A stretch of DNA of 64,000 bases from Bacteroidota bacterium (lineage in GTDB: Bacteria > Bacteroidota > Ignavibacteria > Kapaibacteriales > NICIL-2). The DNA lies in the NCBI GenBank assembly GCA_019695345.1, contig JAIBAE010000012.1, positions 3,732-67,731 on the forward strand, in the 5' to 3' direction. Under the pieces are notes generated by a model. The model had not been told where the DNA came from. It saw only the letters and a list, made by a program, of their open reading frames with translations, and ran no database searches. Numbering within the stretch: the stretch's first letter is position 1; each line of letters begins with the position of its first letter. Position numbers and translations under genes: made by a program. This document shows, piece after piece, positions 1 through 11,000 of this stretch.

Positions 1-125
1 CCCATTGCCGCCAGCCCTGCATACGCCCTGTGCAGAAGTTCTGTTAGGTATTCGATATCATCGGTTGGTTGATAGGTGCGGATGGTTATATCCGCACCAT
101 GTATTTGTACTGTTGTAGATGCCAT
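1..125 (-). CDS. GNAT-like acetyltransferase, N-terminal ~41 codons only (gene runs off the window edge)
   Basis: Minus-strand ATG at 123-125. The translation MASTTVQIHGADITIRTYQPTDDIEYLTELLHRAYAGLAAMG resembles GNAT N-termini. It is too short for the ORF track. Confidence 0.3.
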   Translation of the reverse strand, partial: MASTTVQIHGADITIRTYQPTDDIEYLTELLHRAYAGLAAM

Positions 126-166
126 GATGGTTGTGTTTTATACAGTGGTGTACACAATATAACACA

Positions 167-1636
167 CTATTTATTTACCTTGGCAAGCAGAGAAATAAAA
201 TCACTGCGATAATTATTGGGGTCGAATGTTCTGGCGGCAGTTGCCCATTTTTGTACATCGGCTTTTGTTGCAGTGCCTTTGTATTTAGAGTCGCGGAGTA
301 TTAACCCAAGTGCCGCAACACTTGATGCAAAACGTGTATCCTCGCTTGCTGAAGCAAACGGAACGTTGTAATCGTGAATATCCAACGATAATGGAACGCT
401 TGTAGTAGAGTTTGGTTCTTTATAGCGGAAATCGATGGTAAATGTTGTTTCCACACTAAGATCGGTACGGTATGGAACTGTTTCAATTTCGTACAATGCT
501 GTTACCGTTTGCCCTGCACTTATATCACCGGCATCGGTACTATCGTCGGTAAATTGTTCTTTGCTTAGTATTCTGTTCTCATACCCAATTAAGCGGTATT
601 GTTTAACAATCTGTGGATTAAACACCACCTGTACTTTTACATCTTTGGCTACGGTGTAGTATTTACTGTATTCATCTGCAAACATTTTCTTTGCCTGATA
701 CATGTCATCCATGTATTCGTAGATGCCATTGCCGTGGTCGGCTATTTGTTCCATCATAGCATCGTTGTAATTCCCCGTTCCAACGCCAATGGTAGAAAGG
801 AAGATTCCTGTTTTACGTTTCTCTTCAATCAACTTTACAAGGTCATCGGTTGAGTTGATGCCGATATTGAAGTCACCATCGGTTAACAGGATAACACGGT
901 TATTACCGCCTTCAATAAAATTCTGGCGGGCAATATCATATGCCGATGTAATTCCCTTAGCACCTGCTGTACCGCCGCCCGCGCCTAAACCATTAATCGC
1001 ATTAATAATTGCTTGTTTGTTGCTTCCACTTGTAGAGCCAAGTGCAAGTTTATCGGCACCTGCGTAAGTAACAATGGCAAGTTTATCACGCTCACGCATT
1101 TGTGGTACAAAGTACGTGGTAAGTGCTTTTTTGATAAGCGGTAGTTTGTCGTCATCACTCATCGAGCCCGAAACATCAATCAACAATACAATGTTAGAAT
1201 TTGGCATTTGTTCACGCGCAATGCTCCGACCTTTTATTCCAATACGAATCAGTTTGTGTTCTGTATTCCACGGGCAAATACAAAGCTCGCCACTAACACC
1301 AACGGGCGCGCCAACTGGTTCCGGGTAATTGTATTGGAAGTAGTTTACAAGTTCTTCGGTACGGATAGCATTAGCAGGAACAGCCGAGCCACTATTTAAA
1401 AAGCGACGCATGTTACTGTACGAGCCACCATCGCAATCAATAGAAAACGTAGAGACTGGCTGCTCTCGCACATCAACAAAAGGATTCTCTACAATGGTAT
1501 CATATTTCTCGCCCGTAATGTTATCAGAGTATTCCGGGTTAACAGAGGTGCTATACATACTGCCATAATTATCGCACGATTGCAATATTAAAAGCATGCA
1601 ACAACAAACAACAACAGAAGCAAGGACTTTATTCAT
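167..1636 (-). CDS. von Willebrand factor type A domain lipoprotein (YfbK-like)
   Basis: vWA MIDAS motif LLIDVSGSMS. The N-terminal region STFSIDCDGGSYSNMRRFLNSG...TEELVNYF is typical of the YfbK family. I start at the internal ATG (1634-1636), which gives the lipoprotein signal MNKVLASVVVCCCMLLILQSC. Confidence 0.85.
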   Translation of the reverse strand: MNKVLASVVVCCCMLLILQSCDNYGSMYSTSVNPEYSDNITGEKYDTIVENPFVDVREQPVSTFSIDCDGGSYSNMRRFLNSGSAVPANAIRTEELVNYFQYNYPEPVGAPVGVSGELCICPWNTEHKLIRIGIKGRSIAREQMPNSNIVLLIDVSGSMSDDDKLPLIKKALTTYFVPQMRERDKLAIVTYAGADKLALGSTSGSNKQAIINAINGLGAGGGTAGAKGITSAYDIARQNFIEGGNNRVILLTDGDFNIGINSTDDLVKLIEEKRKTGIFLSTIGVGTGNYNDAMMEQIADHGNGIYEYMDDMYQAKKMFADEYSKYYTVAKDVKVQVVFNPQIVKQYRLIGYENRILSKEQFTDDSTDAGDISAGQTVTALYEIETVPYRTDLSVETTFTIDFRYKEPNSTTSVPLSLDIHDYNVPFASASEDTRFASSVAALGLILRDSKYKGTATKADVQKWATAARTFDPNNYRSDFISLLAKVNK

Positions 1637-1729
1637 GGTATTCCCCAAATAATAATATAGAATCAGTTGAACTACCGCTACTGACAATCATTTAATACTC
1701 TTGTTTCAGTTAGTCTGTTTTTTGTTTTT

Positions 1730-1915
1730 CTGCTCCGAACAACACACACCAACAAAACAATGCGTTGCATAGAAAGAACCGCATCTGTAGTACTCACGGT
1801 TACCGTGGATTTGAGTAATAATCAACCGAAGATGTTGTGAAAACGCTGGAGGTTCTCTTCGGCAATGCAAGGTTCTATGCGGCGCGCAGGTACGGTGCCG
1901 TCCGGCGATAGCAAA
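1730..1915 (+). repeat. Conserved intergenic element, copy A (~186 nt); candidate structured RNA or repeat
   Basis: Matches 19129-19292. The 5' ~82 nt has ~6 mismatches, the 3' 49 nt is identical, and the middle differs in length by 22 nt. It lies in the divergent promoter region between the vWA gene and the giant gene. Confidence 0.6.
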
Positions 1916-2053
1916 TAACAGAGTGCAAACCATTAACTCAACTAAAAACAGTTGTACCGTTAGTGTACCGTTTTTGTAGTGGTACAGAGTGTTTTAAATA
2001 CAGCAACTTCGTAGCGGTAATAAAAAACAAAATTATTCTACTTGGAGCTTACC

Positions 2054-5000
2054 ATGCAGCGTCTGTTTACATATACTGTTGTATTAATTTTTTGCTTACT
2101 ATGCACTACACAGGTAGTAGTATCGGGGATACCTAACACCCTTTCTTATCAGGGTGTGCTTACAAACAATCTCGATGAACCATACCCCGATGGCTCTTAT
2201 ACTATTACATTCTCGGTATATGATGCAAACACCGGTGGAACAGTGTTGTGGAGCGAAACGCAGTCTGTTCAGACCAAACTTGGTGTGTTTGATGCTATGC
2301 TTGGTGTTAAAACTCCAATAGATTTATTGTTTGATAAACCATACTGGCTTGGTATAACAGTTCAGGGACAACAAGAATTGAGTCCGCGACTTGCGTTGGT
2401 GTCATCGCCATATTCTTTTAACTCCGTTCGTGCTACTGTAGCTGATTCAGTATCGCCTACTGCCGGTGGAGTGGTGCGTCAGTTAAATGGTATGAGCGGT
2501 AACCTGACAATAGTTGGCGATGGAACTACTACCGTTACTCAAAGTGGCAATACCATTACTATAAAAACACTTCAGCTTGGCGTACAACGTATCGAGAGCG
2601 TAGACAACGCACTTGTTGTTACAAATCCCGATGGTCCAACCACAACACTCTCATTAAAAGACAGCGCAATAACAAGTAATAAAATAGCAGCTGGCGTTAT
2701 CCCAACAACACTTCCACCAAGTGGCACAGCAGGTGGCGATTTAACAGGAACCTATCCAAACCCAACTGTTGGTAATGGTGCAATAACCAATACCAAGCTT
2801 GCAACAAACGCCGTTGGCACAACGAACATTCAAGATGCATCGGTAACAACCCCAAAGCTTGCAGATGCATCGGTAACAAGCACAAAGTTAGCAGCAGGTG
2901 TTATTCCAATATCATTACCACCAAGCGGCGCGGCAGGCGGTGATTTAACCGGAACGTACCCAAACCCAACAGTTGCAGCGGGCGCAATTACAAACACAAA
3001 GCTTGCAAATGGTGCTGTTGATAATAGCAAACTTGCAGTTAATGCAGTTGGTACTACTAATATTCAAGATGCAAGTGTAACAGGAACAAAGATTGCGCAG
3101 GGTGGTGCAACAACAGGTCAAACGTTAGTATGGAACGGGACGGCGTGGGTTCCACAAACACCATCAATATCTGGCACAGCAGGCGGAGATTTAACAGGAA
3201 GTTATCCAAATCCAACAGTAGGAAACGGAGCAATAACAAATAGTAAACTGGGAACAAACGCCGTTGGTACAACGAACATTCAAGATGCAAGTGTAACAAA
3301 TGCAAAGTTAGCGGCAGGTGTTATTCCAACTTCACTTCCGCCCAGCGGCGCGGCAGGTGGTGATTTAACCGGAACGTACCCAAACCCAACAGTAGGAAAC
3401 GGAGCAATAACTAATACCAAACTTGCAGCAAATGCAGTTGGCACAACGAACATTCAGGATGCAAGTGTAACAAGTGCAAAGTTAGCGGCAGGTGTTATTC
3501 CAACTTCACTTCCACCAAGTGGCGCGGCAGGCGGTGACTTAACAGGAAGTTATCCAAATCCAACAGTAGGAAACGGAGCAATAACCAATAGCAAGCTTGC
3601 AACAAACGCCGTTGGCACAACAAACATTCAAGATGCAAGTGTAACAAGTACGAAGTTAGCAGCGGGTGTAATCCCAACTTCACTTCCACCAAGTGGTACA
3701 GCAGGAGGTGATTTAAGTGGTACATATCCTAATCCTACTGTTGCTAATGGTGCTATTACAAATGGAAAGATTGCTAGTAATGCAATAGGAACATCGAACA
3801 TTCAAGATGCAAGTGTAACAACTCCAAAGCTCGCAGATGCATCGGTAACAAGTACAAAGTTAGCGGCAGGTGTAATTCCTACAACACTTCCACCAAGTGG
3901 TACAGCAGGTGGTGATTTAACTGGTACATATCCAAACCCAACAGTTGGTAATGGTGCAATTACCAATACCAAGCTTGCAACAAACGCAGTTGGCACAACG
4001 AACATTCAGGATGCAAGTGTAACAAGTGCAAAGTTAGCGGCAGGTGTAATTCCAACTACACTTCCACCAAGTGGCACAGCAGGTGGAGATTTAACTGGTA
4101 CATATCCTGCGCCAACAGTTGCGGCAGGCGCAATAACCAATGCAAAGCTTGCAACAAACGCAGTTGGTACAACGAACATTCAAGATGCAAGTGTAACAAC
4201 TCCAAAGCTTGCAGATGCTAGTGTAACGAGTGCGAAGTTAGCGACTGGTGTTATTCCAACTACACTTCCACCAAGTGGTACAGCAGGCGGTGATTTAACA
4301 GGAACCTATCCAAACCCAACAGTTGGTAATGGTGCAATTACCAATACCAAGCTTGCAACAAACGCAGTTGGCACAACGAACATTCAAGATGCAAGTGTAA
4401 CAACTCCAAAGCTTGCGGATGCGAGTGTAACGAGTGCGAAGTTAGCGACTGGTGTTATTCCAACAACACTTCCACCAAGTGGCACGGCAGGTGGTGACTT
4501 AACAGGGACCTATCCAAATCCAACAGTAGGAAACGGAGCAATAACCAATAGCAAGCTTGCAACAAACGCCGTTGGCACAACAAACATTCAAGATGCAAGT
4601 GTAACAAGTACGAAGTTAGCAGCGGGTGTAATCCCAACTTCACTTCCACCAAGTGGTACAGCAGGAGGTGATTTAAGTGGTACATATCCTAATCCTACTG
4701 TTGCTAATGGTGCTATTACAAATGGAAAGATTGCTAGTAATGCAATAGGAACATCGAACATTCAAGATGCAAGTGTAACAACTCCAAAGCTCGCAGATGC
4801 ATCGGTAACAAGTACAAAGTTAGCGGCAGGTGTAATTCCTACAACACTTCCACCAAGTGGTACAGCAGGTGGTGATTTAACTGGTACATATCCAAACCCA
4901 ACAGTTGGTAATGGTGCAATTACCAATACCAAGCTTGCAACAAACGCAGTTGGCACAACGAACATTCAGGATGCAAGTGTAACAAGCACAAAGTTAGCAG

Positions 5001-8000
5001 CTGGTGTAATTCCAACTACACTTCCACCAAGCGGTGCAGCAGGAGGTGATTTAACAGGTACATATCCTAATCCTACTGTTGCAAATGGTGCTATTACAAA
5101 TGGGAAGATTGCTAGTAACGCAGTTGGTACAACGAACATTCAAGATGCTAGTGTAACAAGCACAAAGTTAGCGGCAGGTATAATTCCAACATCATTACCA
5201 CCAAGCGGCACAGCAGGTGGCGATTTAACAGGAACCTATCCAAACCCAACTGTTGGTAATGGTGCAATAACAAATACCAAGCTTGCTACAAACGCAGTAG
5301 GTACAACGAACATTCAGGATGCATCGGTAACAAGTACAAAGTTAGCGGCAGGTATAATTCCAACATCATTACCACCAAGCGGCACAGCAGGTGGCGATTT
5401 AACAGGAATATATCCTAATCCTAATGTTGCTAATGGTGCTATTACAAATACAAAGATTGCTAGTAACGCCGTTGGTACAACGAACATTCAAGATGCAAGT
5501 GTAACAAGCACAAAGTTAGCAGCGGGTGTAATTCCAACATCATTACCACCAAGTGGCGCGGCAGGCGGTGACTTAACAGGAAGTTATCCAAACCCAACTG
5601 TTGTTAATGGTGCAATAACCAATACCAAGCTTGCGACAAACGCAGTAGGTACAACCAACATTCAAGATGCAAGTGTAACAAGTGCAAAGTTAGCTGCGGG
5701 TGTAATCCCAACGACACTTCCCCCAAGTGGCATAGCAGGTGGTGACTTAACAGGAAGTTATCCAAATCCAACAGTAGGAAACGGAGCAATAACCAATAGC
5801 AAGCTTGCAACGAACGCAGTTGGTACAACAAACATTCAAGATGCAAGTGTAACAACTCCAAAGCTTGCAGATGCTAGTGTAACGAGTGCGAAGTTAGCGA
5901 CTGGTGTTATTCCAACTACACTTCCACCAAGTGGTACAGCAGGCGGTGATTTAACTGGTACATATCCTAATCCTACTGTTGCTAATGGTGCTATTACAAA
6001 TGGAAAGATTGCTAGTAATGCAATAGGAACATCGAACATTCAGGATGCAAGTGTAACAACTCCAAAGCTCGCAGATGCATCGGTAACGAGTGCGAAGTTA
6101 GCGACTGGTGTAATTCCAACTTCACTTCCACCAAGCGGTACAGCAGGAGGCGACTTAACTGGTACATATCCTAATCCTACTGTTGCTAATGGTGCTATTA
6201 CAAATACAAAGATTGCTAGTAATGCAATAGGAACATCGAACATTCAGGATGCAAGTGTAACCGCCTCTAAAATCGCACAAAACGGTGCTACAACCGGACA
6301 GGTTCTTAAATGGAATGGAACTGCATGGGTTGCAAGTAACGACAACGGCGATACCTACACCGCCGGAACTGGTATCAGTATTGTTGGCAACACTGTTTCT
6401 AACACGGGTGATACCGATGCCTCAAACGACATTACAAACACTACATCAGCAGGCGGTGATTTAACTGGTACATATCCAAATCCAACTGTTGCTACTGGGG
6501 CGATTACAAACACCAAGCTTTCAACAAACGCCGTTGGTACAACCAATATTCAAGATGCAAGTGTTACCGCTTCTAAAATCGCGCAAAACGGTGCTGCAAC
6601 TGGACAAGTGCTAAAGTGGAACGGAACTGTATGGGTTGCAAGCAATGATAATGGCGATACCTACACTGCCGGAGCTGGTATCAGCATTGTTGGAAACACT
6701 GTATCTAACACGGGTGATACCGATGCCTCAAACGACATCACAAACACTACATCAGCAGGTGGTGATTTAACAGGAACATATCCTAATCCAACGGTAGCAA
6801 GTGGAGCAATCACGAATGCAAAACTTGCAACTAACGCCGTTGGCACAACGAATATCCAAGATGCATCAGTAACTGCATCCAAACTCAATCAAATGGGCGC
6901 CACGAGTGGACAGGTGTTAGCATGGAATGGTACATCATGGGTACCAGCGGCAGCAGGCGGCACAGGAACGGTAACCTCGGTGAATGTTTCCGGGGGAACG
7001 ACGGGCTTAACAGCAAGCGGTGGACCGGTAACAGGTAGTGGTACGATAACTCTTGCAGGAACACTGGCTCTTGCCAATGGTGGAACAGGTTCGACCACGG
7101 CAGCAGGTGCACGCACTAATCTTGGGCTGGGTACGCTTGCTACGCTCAATACTGTTGGCTCTACAGAAATCACCGATGGCTCTATCACCGCCGCTGACCT
7201 CAATCAAATGTCTGCTACAACTGGACAAGTAATAAAATGGAATGGTTCGGCATGGGCACCAGCGGCTGACAATGGGCAAACCTACACTGCAGGCACGGGC
7301 ATTAGCATTGTCGCAGGCGTAGTAACAAACACAGGCGATACCGATGCCAGCAACGACATCACTAATACTACTAGCGCAGGCGGTGACTTATCTGGAACCT
7401 ATCCTAATCCTACCATTGCAGCAAATGCCGTAACAACAACCAAGATAGCTGATGGCTCAGTGACAGCAGCCAAACTCAATCAAATGTCTGCCACCTCAGG
7501 TCAGGTTCTTGCATGGAATGGCACAACATGGGCACCGGCAGCAGCAGGTGGTACAGGAACAGTAACAAGTGTAGATGTATCTGGCGGTACAACAGGACTC
7601 ACAACGAGCGGAGGTCCCGTCACGGGAAGCGGTAGTATAACCCTTGGCGGAACTCTCGCCGTAGCAAACGGTGGGACAGGTGCAACCACAGCATCGGCTG
7701 CGCGAAGCAACTTAGGGCTTGGTACATTATCAACTTTGAATACTGTAACATCGAGCGAGATAACAGATGGAACTATTGCGGCGGCTGACCTCAATCAAAT
7801 GTCAGCCACATCTGGACAAGTATTAAAATGGAATGGAACTGCGTGGGCACCAGCGGCGGATAATAGTGGTGGTTTAACCAACTTCACCGAAAACCGTAAC
7901 ACCACAGCACCCAATGCAACTGTTCCGGTTCATCAATTCATTGCAACGGGAACTGAAACCAATATAGATATCGCTCTCTCGCCCAAAGGTACAGGTGCGC

Positions 8001-11000
8001 TCACAGCTCACGTGGCAGATAACGCAATTACAGGTGGTAACAAACGTGGACAGTATGCAACGGATTTACAAAGAGATCGTTGGGCAAATACACAAGTGGC
8101 AAGTGGAGATAATTCAATAGTATCTGGCGGATATGCTAATACAGCGAGTGGTCTATACTCAACGGTATCAGGTGGAGCAAATAATACAGCTTCTAATGGC
8201 TACTCAACAGTTTGTAGTGGTTATTTAAATGTTACAAGCGGACAATACGGTGTAATTAGCGGTGGCGCGAAAAATAACATAAGTAATGTTTATTCAGCTA
8301 TAAGCGGCGGATATGGTTTGCGTTTATCAGGTTTAGGATCGTGGGGGTTCAATGGAGTGAATGGTTTTGCCGACTCAGCATTTATCAGCGCAGATAGAAC
8401 TGCATACTTTGGTAATGTGGATATGTGGCTTGGAAATACAGATGGCACCGCAAGGCAATTGCGTTTCTACGAGGCACAAACAGCAGATGGGGCTTTCCCT
8501 GCAACGGGTACAAACTTTACAGCATTTAAAGCTGCTGCGCAAACGGCAGATATAACCTACACATTACCAAGCACAGCTCCTACTGCCGGACAAATCCTCA
8601 GCTCCGACGCAAGCGGTAATATGAGCTGGACTACGGCAGGCGGTGGTCTAACCAACTTTACCGAATCAGTAAACACATCAGCACCTAATACAACAACTCC
8701 TGTTGTACGCTTGTTGGCAACCAATGCGGCTACCAATGTGGATGTTGCCCTTACGCCTAAAGGTACAGGCGCATTGACTGCACAAGTTGCTGATAACACC
8801 GCTACAGGTGGTAACAAACGCGGAACAAATGCGGTGGATTGGCAGGCTTATCGGACATCAGCAAATCAAGTGGCAAGTGGTCAGTACTCAACTATCTCCG
8901 GCGGAGGTGCTAGCCGTGCCTCTGGTGATTTTTCAACTGTATCTGGTGGATCGGGCAATATAGCAAGTGGTACTGGCTCAACAACATCCGGTGGATCTAC
9001 AAATACAGCAAGTGGTTCCTTCTCAACTGTTTCCGGCGGAAACTTCAATACAGCGAGTGCTTCAAACTCAGTAGTCTCGGGTGGATACACTAACACAGCG
9101 AGTGGTACGAGTTCAACGGTATCTGGTGGCTTTGGAAATACAGCGGCTGGTGAAAACTCAGCCATTCCGGGTGGTAAGGGATTGACATTGGGCGTAAATG
9201 CAAGTAACTCCTTCGGTTTCCTTGGAAACAGTTCTGGTAGTAATAATATGACCATCAGTAGTTCGAACACTGCAACATTTGGAAATGTAGATCTTTGGTT
9301 AGCAAACAACACAAGCACGGCAAGCCAGTTGCTTTTCTTCGAGCCAAACTCAACGGATAGTGGTGCATTCCCTCCGGCAGGCATCAACTTTACAGCATTC
9401 CAAGCTGGAGCGCAAACCACTAATATCACTTATACCTTGCCAACTACCGCCCCAACGGCCGGACAAGTTCTTAGCTCCGATGCAAGTGGAAATATGAGCT
9501 GGACGACGGCAGGCGGTGGCTTAACTAACTTTACTGAATCAGTGAATACCTCAGCACCTAATACAACCGTACCAGTTGTACGCTTACTTGCAACCAATGC
9601 GGCTACCAATGTGGATGTTGCCCTTAGCCCTAAAGGTACAGGTGCACTGACCGCACATGTGGCAGATAATACCGCAACAGGTGGGAATAAACGTGGTGCA
9701 GGTGCAGTGGACTGGCAAACGGTTCGTACCGGAAATACACAAGTTGCAAGTGGAACCAACTCCGTGATTGTTGGCGGTCAAAATAACACGGCATTTGGTG
9801 AGGTATCAACTGTAGGTGGTGGCTCAGGTAACAGGGCAAACGGTAATTATGCGACTGTTACCGGAGGAAATACTAACTATGCATCTTCAAACTATTCAAC
9901 CGTGGGTGGTGGTTCGCTTAACAACGTAACTGGTCAATATTCTACTATTTCTGGTGGAGTAAGCAATACAATAAGTAGCAATAATTCTGCAATTCCCGGT
10001 GGTATTGGACTGACCTTAGGTGCCAATAACTCGTTTGGCTTTCTTGCAACCGTAAGTGCTCTTGACCCTATGACCATCAACACCGCTAACACGGCAACCT
10101 TTGGCAATACCGACTTATGGTTAGCAAACAACGACAACTCAGCAAGCCAGTTACGTTTCTACGAGGCAAATACTACAACGGGTACATTCCCTCCGACTGG
10201 TATAAACTTTACGGCATTCAGAGCAGGAGTACAATCGGCGGACATCACCTACACACTTCCAACGACGGCTCCAACAGCTGGACAGGTTCTAAGCTCGGAT
10301 GCAAGTGGTAATATGAGCTGGACTACGGCAGGCGGTGGCTTAACCAATTTTACCGAATCAGTGAATACCTCGGCACCTAATACAACCGTACCTGTTGTAC
10401 GCTTACTTGCTACTAATGCAGCAACGAATGTGGATGTTGCCCTTAGCCCTAAAGGTACAGGTGCACTGACCGCACATGTGGCAGACAACACCGCTACAGG
10501 TGGTAATAAACGCGGAACAAATGCAGTGGACTGGCAGACAAATCGTGCGGCAAATACACATGTAGCAAGTGGGACGCATTCAGTGATATCCGGTGGAGAA
10601 TACAACGTAGCAAGTAACAGTGGAACTACCGTAGCTGGTGGACATCTAAACACTTCAAGTGGAATGTATTCAAATGTCTCAGGTGGTAACGGTAATACGG
10701 CAAGTGGTAGCTTTTCGGTTGTTTCGGGAGGAGCAGGTAATATTGCAAGTGGCAATTGGTCTGCCGTTCTTGGCGGGAATAGTAATACGGCAAATGGTAC
10801 TTACGCAACCGTATCTGGTGGGTATCAAAATACAGTAAGTGGTGATCATGCCACCGTGGCTGGCGGACGCGGGCTTTTTTTGGATGTAAGTGCAACTGGC
10901 TCCTTCGGTTTCCTTGGTGGCAATGCTGGCTCAAACAACATGACCATCAACACCGCTAACACGGCAACTTTTGGCAATACCGACTTATGGCTTGCAAACA

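Noticed and set aside
1706-1933. Minus-strand ORFs over the ~165-186-nt repeats (1706-1933, 19042-19242, 19095-19412) giving similar peptides (..NREYYRCGS..C..H..V.VCCSEQ)
   Set aside because: The two DNA copies differ by a 22-nt indel, so the shared peptide segments fall into different frames in copy B. The conservation is at the nucleotide level, not the protein level.
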